NCBI GenBank assembly: GCA_965153285.1
Contig: OZ229111.1
Strand: one strand, 5' to 3'
DNA from: Podarcis tiliguerta
Lineage: Eukaryota
DNA: 64,000 nucleotides
Shown here: positions 13,731 through 26,651 of the stretch, in pieces
Position numbering within the stretch: the stretch's first letter is position 1
How the letters are laid out: each line of letters begins with the position of its first letter
The notes under the pieces: generated by a model
Told to the model about the DNA's origin: nothing
What the model saw: the letters and a program-made list of their open reading frames with translations, nothing else
Database searches by the model: none
Program-made: the position numbers and the translations under genes

Positions 13731-14522
13731 AGTGTTGTGAGCTTTGTAGGGGGAGTAGGCTGTATACCAAGCCCTTTCTAATACCTGCCCCCCTCCTAAT
13801 TCTTGGAATAGTCAGGCTAGCTTCCAGGTGAGGCAATTGCCTGGGTGATGGGCCATTAAGGGAACAAAGAAAGTGGATCTGGGCCAGATGGCAAATGGGG
13901 CGACCTAGAATGAACATGCAAATTGCAGCCACGCACCTGGCTCTCCTCCAGCTTTGCCCACCAAGTGGATGAATGTAGAAAATAAAAGTTTACAAAGTTC
14001 AGTTGTGAAAATCCACACCAAAAAGATACTGGTCAAAGTACTGATAGTTTCTAGCTGCCAACCTCTTCCACCCCACTCTGTGACAGTTCAAGGGCAAGGC
14101 TTTATGGCTTCCCCTCAGTGCACACAAAGGCCAAATGGGCCATGCAACAGGGCTGCTCCGTGGATGCTTTTATTTTTTGCCGTGTGTGTTAACAAGCTGG
14201 CAAACCTGCAGCTGGATGGCAATTCAGCAGAGAACAGGGTTTGGCAGAGCATTTTCAGCACCTGGCCCCCACCCAGTGGTCATTCTGTGCTATGTTTACT
14301 GCCTTATATTGACTGTGATTAGCAAGAAATGCACCCAGCCTTAAGGTTGGCCATGTGAAACTGTTTTTTTGTTTTGTTTTAAGAAAAGCTGCTGGGTGGA
14401 AATCAGTGGTAAAAATATTAACAAACTCTTACAGTACCCTGTGCATGTCAGAGACCATTTCCTACACAAATGGATGCTTTTATCCCTTCCCTATCTCAAA
14501 TCCGCATTCTTGTATAGTGTGA

Positions 14523-14801
<279 letters not shown>

Positions 14802-16049
14802 TAGAGGGTCTCAGTGGGACAAAATACATTTCAGTTATGTAGCACACGCACAGCAGAGTAATCATTTGTTCGCATGTCGATTAATAAGCATTGTATCACA
14901 TGAGGTACATGCCATAGGTATATGCTTATTATGGGCAACTGGTTATGTGGCTCCAAAAAAAAAACACTGAACCATTTGCTGATTGCACTTATTAAGTGTC
15001 TGTGTTCATGCAGTCCACTTACAGCAATCAAGACGGGCTCCCAGGAAAAAAAGCAGCTTCAGAGGAGTGCAAAGCACATAATTTTTAAAATCACTTTTCC
15101 TGTTTTCCACCAGACCTAGTCATTTTGATCTATAGTAATAACGGTTTGAGATGCACTTTTACTATTTCCACAGCCCGTATTATAACTCAGCTGTGCTCTT
15201 GGAATAAAACAGTTACAGAGGACTTTGACAAGTGTGGTTTGTTTAATAATAAAAAAAACCCTCTAGCTCTCATCCACTCAGAATCAGGGAGCCTATATAG
15301 GATGATACCCCCAAACCCCACTGCTTATAATTAAAGCAATATCCTCAGTTTATTTCCTGGAACATTTTTTACTTGTGTGCTTCTGTCTATCAAGTGTTGC
15401 TGCCACAACTACGTAGATTGCTAAACTATGGGTTTCCTTCCCAAGGGGCTGGAACATTTATATTCAGGTCTTTGCTTTGAATGTCCGTTGTGCTCGAAAA
15501 GGACAATAGTCTGAGCCATCAGTGCATAAGAGAATCAGACTGGGGAGGGTTACCTAAGCCACCATCAACCTAATGAACCATCTCCAGAATCTCTGGTGTA
15601 GCAAAATAAGGAGCAAATGAATAAGCAGGAAAACTAGTTTGCACAAACCATTAAAGTTTTATTTGCTACTGCTTGGAGAATTCAAACATATGCCTAATAT
15701 ATGAGTGCACATTCAAGAGACACAGAGATGGTGCAGAGTTCAGACTTGTATGTGTAGCCATGAAAAAACCATCCTGCACAAAGGTGTAAGAAGCTGAGAG
15801 TTATCTAAGCTAACCCACTGCGCAAAGGCTGGAGTCTCCAAATACAGGCTCCCCAAAAGATCTTACCTGGTTACAGTGGGCAGGGAACAAGTTCTGATTA
15901 GGACACATGGGTTCATGCAAACCAAGGAATACCACAAGTAAAAGAAGCCAGGTTGCTTAAAAAAAAAAAAAGGCAGGGTGTGTGGAGGGGGAGACCTCTC
16001 TCTTTTCTATTCCCTTCCATTTCTGAGCAACTTTCTTTTTGCCTTACAG

Positions 16050-16133
16050 CACCGTTCCACCGTGGCATCTTGCATGCACAGGCAGGAGACTGTGGACTGC
16101 TTGAAGAAGTTCAATGCCAGAAGGAAGCTAAAG
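16050..16133 (+). CDS. CAMK2A: CAMK2A exon 11, [28 protein letters not shown]; autoinhibitory segment, Thr286 codon ACT at 16089-16091
   Basis: cttacag acceptor, AAG|gtaatc donor, 84 nt; Cys280-Met281 is alpha-specific. Confidence 0.98.
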
Positions 16134-18557
16134 GTAATCCATGCCTCTTCTCTGACTTGTAGGTGGTCTTCTAGGAAATGGGTGTACGTCACCAGACTGT
16201 TTTCCATTTCATCTGCCTTCATAAAGGTTTCCAAAGAATTGACTTTCTAAGAAAGCTGTGAGGCTTCCAAGAAATTGGCTTTCACCACCTTTGTGCTGAG
16301 AAAGGAAAGGCCTTCTTAGATATCTTAATTAAGTCTTTGGGTCGTATGCACTGAATGACAAAGGATAAAGTAGAGGAGTGGCTCCCTGCTGCCCCCATTG
16401 ATTGTTGTTGTATAACTAGATGCTAGTGTCTGCAGAAGGGACAACCCATTTCAGGCTCACTCGAGCCGGCAGTGCCTGCAGTGTCACCATTTCTTGGCAT
16501 GTCAAGGACTCTGCTCTTTGATAAAGTCCACTAAAATAATTCCTGAAAAGTGAACACTGATTAGACTAAACCCCCCTTTTTTTATAGGACAAACTGAAGT
16601 TGCTTCCTAGGAATCACTGAATCTGAATTCCTTAAGGGCACTTCCATTGATTTCCATGGAACGTCCTTCAAGACAATGAAATTGGGATCAGTGTCCAAAT
16701 TCACCATTTTCAAATCACTGTCCGCCAGCCCTATGCCCAGGGGGAAAGTTCAGTATCGGCTAAGAAGTTTATTGCCCCCAGTGCTATCATCAGCACCTTC
16801 CTCCGAGGCCTTGTTGGATATCTCCACATGCTGTTATTCTTCCTTTGAATGCTGTGCAAGTTTCCAGCCTCAGGGCTGGAGGCTAATAAGATTACTGAGC
16901 AAGGAAACAGATAATGATTTGTGTTTACTTTTCCTCCAGTAATCTGTTACTGCTTCAATTATGTTAATGTAATCCTATTATACATGTCCTCTTACTAGCT
17001 CATGAAATTGATTGGGAAATTGAGAAATGCTCTGTGTGTCCGCACCTACCCACAAAAATGAGGAGAGAGACCAAGAGCATCAAAGAGGCATAGCCCAGTT
17101 GACCTTTTTCACTTCCCCTCTTGGAAAGTTATATTTGGATGGAAGTTTTGAGTCCTGTGCAACCAGTGGGAGTAAATGCTAAGTTCCATCATGCAGGGTG
17201 TATCTGACGTGGCGCTTTCTAGTCCCCTAGTGGTACACTTGTTCCACTGGTGAAATGTTTTCCAACTGCAGAACGTTGTTGTGGAAGAGAAGGTATTAGC
17301 AGGTTGCTTCTAACTTTGTTGCACAGGTTGAACAATCCGCTGCACAACAAGTTTTCACTAGCTCAGCTGTTGCACAGGATTTAACTGTTGCGCAACATTA
17401 AAACTCACCTGCACCTTAGTACAACAAGAGCTCTTGTGCTAGCGGACAGAAAATGTCCGGGTACAGCTCAGCATCTTTATCCAGCAGCAATATGTGTGTC
17501 TACATCCTGTTTTTCTTTGACAAAGTAGAAACAGTTTTATGCACAGTACTGCCCCTTCCTTTTGTGAGGCGTTTTCTTTTCCAGTAAGAAAACAGGCAGT
17601 CTTAACTGAGAGATAGTCGGTGTTAAATGCTTGGCAAAGGAGAGCAGGGATCTATAACCAGTTCTTTTATTAACTTGCAGAGAATGGCTCTGAAGATGTT
17701 ACTTCAGTACTGTACCATAGTCTTCCCATCTATAAAATGGATGTGAGGAGACCGATCTGCTCTTTGACATCTATGGGACAATATGCTATGTGAGAACAGA
17801 TATGTTTAGTAATAGTAGTAGAAATAGTGGTAGCTGTGGTAGATTTTATTATCAGGTGCTAAAATTGAATTGCTTTTTAAAAAACAAACAAACCATGCCG
17901 CATATATAGATCTGTCTCTAAATGTCCATTATTTTTAAATTTCACAATATATCAAGTTTGGGAGTATCATGAAGCATTCTGGGGCTTGGGCACAGTTCTG
18001 AACAATAGGAAAGCAGGTTATTCTCGGGCAGGGCAGGGGGCTTCTATCGCTGATGTGTCTAGTAGAGTCTAGCTGCTACTGCAGCTTCTAAGGGGAGTTC
18101 CCCTCGAGACGCAATGGGAATTCCTCATCAGTGACTGCTAGAAACTTGTCAGTTGTCCTGGTCTCATCAGAGCATGGAGGTTGCTTGTTCATCAGAGGAT
18201 GAAATCCCATTAACACTGCAAGAAAGGATACTGAGTCTCTATAAGGTGGTTATACTAAACCCCTGCTGCCATCATTGAGAAACTTGCAGAGTAGTTAAAA
18301 ATCCCCGAGCCACTATCCAGTGACTTGTTTTCTGCAAACAGTTAGCTATATCTATTAATACCACCTCCGAACTATATTCATCATACCCCTGGAACCATGC
18401 CAAAGAGCCATCCCTCTTGGAGCCCCAGCCAGCTCCATTTTCCACTAGATGCCTTTAAGAGGAAGGAGACTAGGGTTGGGGGAAGGGATGGGTCTGATTC
18501 TGAACCCAGTGATGTTTCTTGCTTCCCCGTTTTCTTTTTGTCTTTTGTGTATTTCAG

Positions 18558-18600
18558 GGTGCAATCCTCACTACAATGCTAGCAACCCGGAATTTTTCTG
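18558..18600 (+). CDS. CAMK2A: CAMK2A exon 12, GAILTTMLATRNFS(G); calmodulin-binding segment, Thr305/Thr306
   Basis: atttcag acceptor, G|gtaggt donor, 43 nt. Confidence 0.96.
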
Positions 18601-18753
18601 GTAGGTAACCCAACTCTCTCCAGGACAGTATTGACTTGCTGCCTCTTCATATGTTGGATGCTAGTCATATGTGCTTAAAATGACTGGCTCCCTAAACCCT
18701 GGCTCTCGTTGGAAAAGACTGGGCACAGGGCATCTTCATGTATGGCTCTAAAG

Positions 18754-18896
18754 CAGGGGTGGGGAACCTCCGATCCTGAAGAGTTGTTGGACAGGACTCC
18801 AGTTTCCATCAGCCCCCAAACAGCATGGCCAATGGTCAGGGATGATGGGAGTTGTGGTCCAACAGCAACTGCATCGTCAGAGGTTCCCCACCCCTG
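18754..18896. mobile_element. hAT-type MITE; related decayed copies near 20230-20345, 31805-31910, 51435-51580, 60140-60260
   Basis: Perfect 17-bp TIR CAGGGGTGGGGAACCTC; internal palindromic ccatca...tgatgggagttgt; 8-bp TSD not preserved. Confidence 0.8.
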
Positions 18897-20580
18897 CTAT
18901 GATACCATTTTGGAATTCTTCTGCCATTTCTACCTGCGGCTAAACATTAATGCAGGAAAGAAAGAAAAGTGGAGAAGCATTTTAAATTTACATTCTGACC
19001 CTTGTTGGTTTGGCATTAATGAAGGTCAATTTGTATGTCCCACACTTGCTCAATGCATAAATCCATTTGCTGGATTTTACTCAGTAGACAAGGCTGCCTA
19101 TTGGTTGTCTTGAAATTCTAGCATTTCTGCAGCTTCCCTGCAGGTTGCTACTTTCAGCACTGTACAAGCAGATACAATTTGGAAAGCAAGATACTGGGAC
19201 TGCAGTGGAATCCTATAAGGATGTTTTGACTTATGCTTAAAAATCCAGGGTTGTTGAATTTTGATTTACTAATGAAGGTCACATGCTTTGGAGATAGCTT
19301 GCATTTTAATATGATGTTTGGGTCTTCCCGGTTGCGGTGCAGTCAGGGGAATAGGGCATTGCAAAGACTGGATGTGGTTGAACTGATAACTGTACTCTCA
19401 TTTTTCATACTGACACACTGCTAAAACTTAGGGGGTTTATTACTAGGTAAATCACAGGCAGCCAACCTGCAGCTTGTCAACCACATGTGCCCTCACTGCT
19501 TGTGCCAGCCATGCCAACTGGCATGCAGCACCTGACCACTTACCCACACCACCACGAGTCCCTGGGGGCAGTAGGCAGGGTTTCTCATCCCTGGTATAAA
19601 CCAGCACAACTTAAGGTCCTCCCCCCAATACACCAAAACCTTTTGGGTGTTTGGGTTGGTCTGTTTGCACCATGTTCCTATTCTATGACATTCCCCAGAT
19701 TTCACCATCCTATTGGTGTTACATTTTAGGAAAAGAAGCTTGACAAATGGACTTGATAAATGCACCAGCAGCCTGCCTCTAAGTTTGGGCTCCAGCCCTG
19801 TTATCGGTTATGCTTGGGAAAGTGGCACAGAATAACTATCTGTGTGTTCCTGTGCATTGCTTCTCAGAAGTAAACTGTGTTTAATGGTGCTTACTCACTT
19901 AGAAGAAAGCATCCATAGATTTGCAGCATAGATCAAGTGCCTTGGTAAAATAATTTAGTTTGCTAGTGGCAGGGAGTACTGATGTATAAACGATCATTTT
20001 AAAATTCCCTAAATATTCACGACACGCATTGTCGCTGTCTGCTATGTCAGGAACTTCGTCCACGATTTGTTTCTGTGCACAGCCTCCTTTCATTTCACTG
20101 GGCATCTAGCTCAGCAAGGCTTCCCTTGTCGTGGCAGCCTGGAAAGAAAGCACTCAAAGTCTTTTAGACCTATTCTTGGAGTATGACTCAAACGTTTGGT
20201 GTCCAGACATAGCTCACATATTACTTATTTCAGGAACTTGTGGCCCTCAGATGTTGCTGGACCTCCGACCATTGGCCATGTTGGCTGCAGCTGATGAAAC
20301 CTGGGGTCCAACAAGATCTGGAAAATCACAGGCTTCCCACCCCAGACCTATTTCCAAAGGTCTCCAGGCAGCACAGTTTGAATGTGGAAAGAATGTATGT
20401 TAGAGATGCTACAGAGCTGACAAGGATTTACTATATGGCTTAATAAGATTCATGCATTCTTCCACTCCACGGGTGGGAGGTATTGAGGTGTGTTTACTAC
20501 TTAAAAGTGAGCACTTCGTAATTTTGAAAGAGAAAGAAAACTACTTCTTATGCATTGGACCCCCCACTCTACAGTTCAGC

Positions 20581-20585
<5 letters not shown>

Positions 20586-20612
<27 letters not shown>
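20586..20612. repeat. (CA)n microsatellite
   Basis: Seen directly. Confidence 0.95.
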
Positions 20613-22537
20613 TCTCCACTAAGCTTCCCCTCTTTCCTTCCCTCCCCTGGTACCACGCTGTGATAACTACTCAAAGTGAAAAGCTCACAGTTTGGAGGTA
20701 ATTATACACAACCAGGACTACAATTGATCGCAGTTAGGTGCACTTAAGCTGCAATCCTATACACAGATATCTGGGGAGGTGGGGAGTAAGTCCTATTGAG
20801 ACACGTATGGTTGTGCAGTACTGCACAACTTACTTCTTCCAAGAGGCTTAAATGTTCCCGACTCTGTGCTGGATTGTGGCTTAGTTGTCTACGGCAGAAA
20901 GCTGATGTCAGTCCTTAACTCAGGCACTGGCTTGTGGCTTTTCTCACGTCACATTCATAAATAGTTATTAATCGTTTACCCAAAGATCACAAAGAAGTGA
21001 CAAAGCACAACTAATCATTCCTAAAATGCTTTGTGACACATTGCTGGAAAGGCTGCCATCAGTGGATCAGTGCAGCTGCCAATCCTCTTCCCTTCACACA
21101 ACAGAAGATTTGCAACATCACCTGGATTTGGCAGGATTTTACATTTGCTTTAAATTATGGATGACCCAAAAAAGGCGGGGGCAAGATTTAATCTTGTACT
21201 CTGGAGAGGGAGCTATTGTGTGGACATGCAGCTCCACCCGAAATATACCGTATTTGGGGGGGGGGGATATTAGGGGAGAAGGATTACAAAATTGTGATTA
21301 CCTCTTTAGAACACAGGAACTAGATAGGTTGAAGGTTCCTTCCCAGCACACAGGAATTGCTTACAAGTGTCCTCAAAAGGCCAGTGTTCAGGAAAAGCCT
21401 CTTCTAAGCTGTTTTTTAAAATTTTAATTTGAGGTAGGCAGAATTTGAAGAGGCTTTTCCAAGAAGCACTTTATGAGGACCTTCCAAGGATGACTTCCGT
21501 CTTCTGAGATTTTTATTGAAACATGGCAAAAACCAGCTCCTTGGAAAATACAGGGGGACAATTGTTTGCGATTACATTTAATATGTGGCCAAATTATTAG
21601 AAGTAGTGTGGCATGTGGCCCCAGAAACTTGTTCAAAAGGGAAATGTGGCCCTCCAGCTGAAAAAGGTTCCTCATTCCTGCTTCATGTAGGAAATAATGT
21701 GCCAGATGTATGTACACAATCACAGCTGATAATAATCAAATATTTGGTGTTCCAACATGGAGTACATGCAGTGTGAAACCACAATTGGTTGTGACTTCCT
21801 ACAGCATGCACATGTAGTGAAGTCCACCTGTGCAATATACACATGTGACACACTATGCACGGGGCTGCATATTATAAGCTGGAACACTTAGCCACAATGA
21901 GCACTTGGACGAAGCGGAAAGGGCTGGGTAGAATTTAAATAAATAAATGCTAAACTGTAAGGAAAGATAACATAAGATGCTTAGCTAATGCAGGCTGGTT
22001 GCTTATTGAATGGAGTAAACAAGGTCAAATGGGGACATAATTAAATCACTGAAGAAAAATCTAGGAAATTAGGGTTGATTGTCTACCATGACACTCTTAG
22101 GAAGTTTGTATTTAAAAAAATGAAAAAATGTGGAGGTGGAGGAGAGTTAATCAGCTGAGACTGCTCTAAAAGTGATAAGGGTTCACCACTGAAATTCAAA
22201 TCAGGGAATTCAAATCTTGATCCTTTATTTAGTTTTCTGTCCTCCATGTTCAGATGTGTGTTCCCCCGCCCAAAACCAGAGTAGTGATTGCTACTGATGA
22301 TAGGGTTATCCGGGTCATCTTTTGCTCAGAAGCTGCAGTCAGGCCAAGCGTGCTTATGCCATGCTTCATATCTGTGTGTTTTATGCATTCAGAATCTATT
22401 TGAAGGCAACAGAGGGAAGAGGGAGGGATTATGAGTGGGCTGCAGTCCCAGGAGACGAGGCTGGCTCTGGGATAGTCATGGGGGAGGGAGGCATGGGGGA
22501 AGATGTCTGCTTTTCATCATTGTCAAAATGTGGGCTG

Positions 22538-22598
22538 CAGCTGTCAGGATGTCATAATTGTAGCACATGACCCCACCAGCATGGGGGTCTAAAATTAG
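22538..22598 (+). promoter_or_regulatory. Candidate muscle promoter/enhancer module for the alpha-KAP transcript (E-box + MEF2)
   Basis: CAGCTG at 22538-22543 and CTAAAATTAG (YTA-W4-TAR) at 22589-22598, ~0.5 kb upstream of the alpha-KAP ATG; further CAGCTG at 22152 and 22926. Confidence 0.5.
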
Positions 22599-23074
22599 CG
22601 AAAGAGGCAGAGTGTGAGAAAGGCAGGCAGGCAGGCAATTGCACGCTGATCTTATCGTAGTTGAGCCATTAGCGTTCATATCTGAGACCGCGAAACAGGG
22701 CAGGCAAGCCCAGGAGGTGAGGGTGATGGCACAGGGCAGGACTGAATCCCTGTAAGCCATGTTGAAGGATCCTTGAGCCCTCTCAGGAAGGAAACAAGTG
22801 TCAGAGAATGCTCTGTCAGCTCCCTTCTCTCTCCGTCGCTGGCCATTCTGCTGGTTCCTTCAAAGATTTGGGAGTCCGAGAGTACAAGTGGCTGTGGCTT
22901 TTCACGGGGAAGGATCCCAGTTATCCAGCTGGTGAGCTTCATAGTTTTCTGAAAGAGACTTCTTCCAGAACTCTGGATCATTGCAAAGCAAGTTCGCTAC
23001 CAGCAGAGGAGGCGGTGGCATTGAATCTGTGATCTTCGGTTCCTGCGTTCTGCTGCTCTCACACAACTCCCCCC

Positions 23075-23188
23075 ATGTTGCTGGTTCTCAGTGTGCTGAC
23101 CCTGATACCGTGCCTGTTCCTCTTGACGTGGTACTTTTTCTCCACAGGAGGGAAAAGTGGTGGCAACAAGAAGAACGATGGCGTCAAG
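23075..23188 (+). CDS. CAMK2A: alpha-KAP-type alternative first coding exon, MLLVLSVLTLIPCLFLLTWYFFSTGGKSGGNKKNDGVK
   Basis: In-frame ATG 73 nt upstream of the exon 13 acceptor; 24-aa uncharged hydrophobic segment resembling the rodent alpha-KAP N-terminus (MLLFLTLWALVPCLVLLTLYFLSST, recalled). Confidence 0.88.
23148..23188 (+). CDS. CAMK2A: CAMK2A exon 13, linker (G)GKSGGNKKNDGVK
   Basis: tccacag acceptor, AAG|gtaagt donor, 41 nt; alpha-specific linker sequence. Confidence 0.96.
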
Positions 23189-26070
23189 GTAAGTCCTGGG
23201 CTCATAAAGCCACCAGCTTGCCTGTACTCAAGAAGGCAGGAATGTTTGGGCTGGTGGACTGTGTGCTCATGGGTCCCTGCGTGGCCCAGGCCCTTTGTGT
23301 TAAGGCCTTGCATTAGTGGATCTCTTGCATCATCCTCTTCTCATCATGAAATACATTTCCACACTCTGAAAGCAAAAAAGGAAAAACAAATACCTTTACC
23401 TAAGCAAAGTTTGCTGCTTAGAGTAATGGATGCCTTGACTCATGTTCAATTTGCTTGGCTAACTCATATCCTCATAATCTCTTCCCATTCCTGCTTTCTT
23501 TTCATAAAGAGGAGGAAAAAAAGCTTGTGCCTTTCTCCTACCCTTTTACTGTTACTATGCTACTGTCATTTCGGGGAAATAGAGCCAATCCAAATGTTTG
23601 GAGGCCATGGTGAAACAGCCCCATAAGAGGACAGCAACTCACAAGTCCAACTGATTCAGAAATCTGGAGGTTGATGCTCCTACGGTCCTTGTGTGGGAGT
23701 GAATTATCCCACAATGTGCCTCAGAAATCAGGCAGGCCTTCTTCCTGGCTTGTTATCTTTCTGTGTGAAGGAATATCTTGACAAGGAAGCACTTCCAAAC
23801 AAATCAACACCTGAGTGAATTTGGAGGTGTTATGGATCTGCCAAGAGTTCTTTACCACATCCCCCTGCCCAACAATTTGAATTGGCTCTAGGGCATTTCT
23901 TAATACTGTAAAGGGGGCTGTGACAGGTAAGACAAACTGAAAGACACTTAATATGGAAGAGAGGGAGATGGGATGGGGAGTGGGAGCAAGGATGACTCTT
24001 TCTTTGATTGGCTCCTGTGGACATCAGTTTAGACTGAGCCTCTGAGCAGTGGCGAGGGGCCCAGCTGCCACCTTTTCTTTTCAGATAGGTCATTACTGTT
24101 TTATTTGTGTCTGAGTCTCCCATGGTGGCCTGATGAACTATCTTCTGATCAACTGAAAACCTGGGAGGAATGAGAAAATATAGATGTTTCTGTCATCAAC
24201 GCAAAAGGAGGGGAGAAAGGGGTTAAAACTGAAAACAGAACTAGGGACACAAGTAATCCTCCCCAACACACACACACACACACACTCGCCTCCTCCAGGT
24301 TTTTGATTCTACATTGGTCCCTTTGGGTTTGCAGCACTCATGTCATGCCTTGAAACCTGGTTCATTGATTTGGCAGAGATGCAGATTAATGGATGAACAG
24401 GTTTGCTCATTCCAGTGACATCACCCATTCCAGCTCTGAAATATTTGTGAAGTTTGAATACTAGCGTTTGAAAGAATGGCTTTGTGCTGATATTATAATG
24501 ATTTTCTTTTCTGGAAACCAAACTGGAGTATTCTGGACAGGTGCCTGGCATCTCTTTCCACGGTGCCAAATTGAGACTTGATGGCTATCTGAGGATGTGG
24601 CAAAGGTTTCTTCAAAGAATGAAGAAGATTCTGGCAACAGTGTTCCTTGGCCAAGAGATACACTTACGCTTGCCCATCTGCCTATTTCCTATGCTAACAG
24701 CCACTCCTGGCACTGTCATCTCACCCCCATTTCCTTGCAGAAATACCCCAGATGGACAGACCTCAATTCCAGCAGTGGAATCCCACTTGGCTTAATTGTC
24801 AAATTGGCTTGGCTGCAGATTCTCCTTCCCCTTCACCTTGTTTGGTTTTGATATCCCCCTCTGTAGAAGGAGATGGCTGTTGGCACCACAAATTGTGGGG
24901 TCTAGTTCATGATCTCATAGTTAGCTTGCCTTTCTGATGAAACTCTCTGGTTTAACCAGTTCATGCTAACAGAAAGAACCTACCTACTGTGTTTGAAGTA
25001 AGATGGTAATGGCAACACCCCCCATTGCAGAAAGGATATTACCCCCTACTTTGGCTACACCTTTTAGTGAAAAAGTAGATATTTATGTGCCACCTCTGCA
25101 AACATGCTATCCATGAAGAGTAGAAAGGACGACGGACCCCTTTCACCAATAGTTTATTGAGAGAAGAGGCTTTGCCCCTCTTGTAACCAGTGGATACTCA
25201 ACAAGTTCACTGCCCTGTGTCACATCCTGTTACATTGTTAATTAATGCAATCACTGCCCCATGTCACATCCTGTTACATCCTAAATTAATAAAGTCACTG
25301 CCCTGTGTTGCATCCTTTTTATTGTATGTACGTCCTACTTTAATAAGGTCACCACTTTTGTGTTGCGTCATGTTGCGTCAATTGCTTCTACAGTTACCGT
25401 CCAGTAAGGTTTCCTAGACAGTTCTTGGTATGTTCTCATTGGAGCCACCATGCATCTGAGCCTAGCTACCTCCATCATATATAGCTTAAGTACCAAATCT
25501 AAGAGCTGTAGTAGAGTCTGTTCTCTGTCTTTTTGTTGGCTTTGGAGAAGAAGCTGTAGAGGGCTAGCTGAGGATATCATATGATGAAATAAAGCAGTCA
25601 GAATCGCCAAGTGCCAATGGGCTTGTTCTACTGTAGCTCATAGAACGCATTTCATCTCACCAGATATATGCAGTTTTGATACCTTTTTAAATAAATAATA
25701 GGGAAGAAGATTAGGATGGAGGCTTCTACACTGTGCCTATGGTGAGCCTGTTTAGATGCTGCATTTTCTGGATTTCATCTAGATCCATTTTCCAAGTTTC
25801 ACCTACAGGACAGAAAGAAGTAGTGTGAAGAAGGCAAGAAGAAGCCAGGAATGGATTTGTGGGGTAGGAAATAGAGAACTTATTCAAGACTCTTTTGAGT
25901 AATAATTAGGAATCTGACATGATGTGCCTCTCTTTTGATGTACATTAAAGCACTGTGTTGAGAGAAGCTCATCAAGAATCAAAAGACAAAAGTCTTAAAT
26001 CTTGAATTATTTGCAGGATTTCTACTGTGAGCTGTTCAGTACTACTTTGAGGCATAGAAGGAGCTTCTTA

Positions 26071-26651
26071 GGTCATGTCTGCAATGCAAATAAACTCACT
26101 TCCACCATTTGGCATTGTGTTGATTTACCACCTTTGGTACAATGCTGGGATTATATGACTCAGACTTTCCACTCCTAAAAACTGCAGTCGTAGTCCATGT
26201 AAACATTGCAGTTTGTCTGTGGTTTCAGTCATTCTCTCAAGGTTTTATCACACTTTAAAAAGAAATCCCCGGTGAAAGCTATGTGATAGCATATTCCTGC
26301 ACATTGCTCTGTTTCTTCTCACCCAGATACTTGTTGCTGCACTTGCACAAATCTAGAAAAAGGGGGTCACTTGGCTCAAAGTTTGAACATCATCTACTTC
26401 ATTTGTATTTTTCATGCCCTAGCAAGCCTCTCCTAGCTCTGATATAGGCATTCACATCCCACCTAAACAACCCCCACTCTGATTTGGTGCAATGTACAGC
26501 ATTATAGCTAGGCTGCTCCAAACAAACACTGATATTATCTCATAACCATTGCAAATGGCAAGATGCTTGCATCTTAGTGTGGATAGTGAAGACTTTTAAG
26601 TGCTTTACTGGTACCCAAATTATCATGCCAAAATGATGTGCAGACGTGACC
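26071..26651. mobile_element. PIF/Harbinger-type non-autonomous element
   Basis: 13-bp TIRs GGTCAYGTCTGCA (one CpG-type mismatch), TTA on both flanks (26068-26070, 26652-26654). Confidence 0.7.

Noticed and set aside
23189-23626. Remainder of the 183-aa ORF 23075..23626 as a novel protein
   Set aside because: Only the first 38 codons are meaningful; a consensus donor AAG|gtaagt at 23188 removes the rest, which has no recognisable homology.
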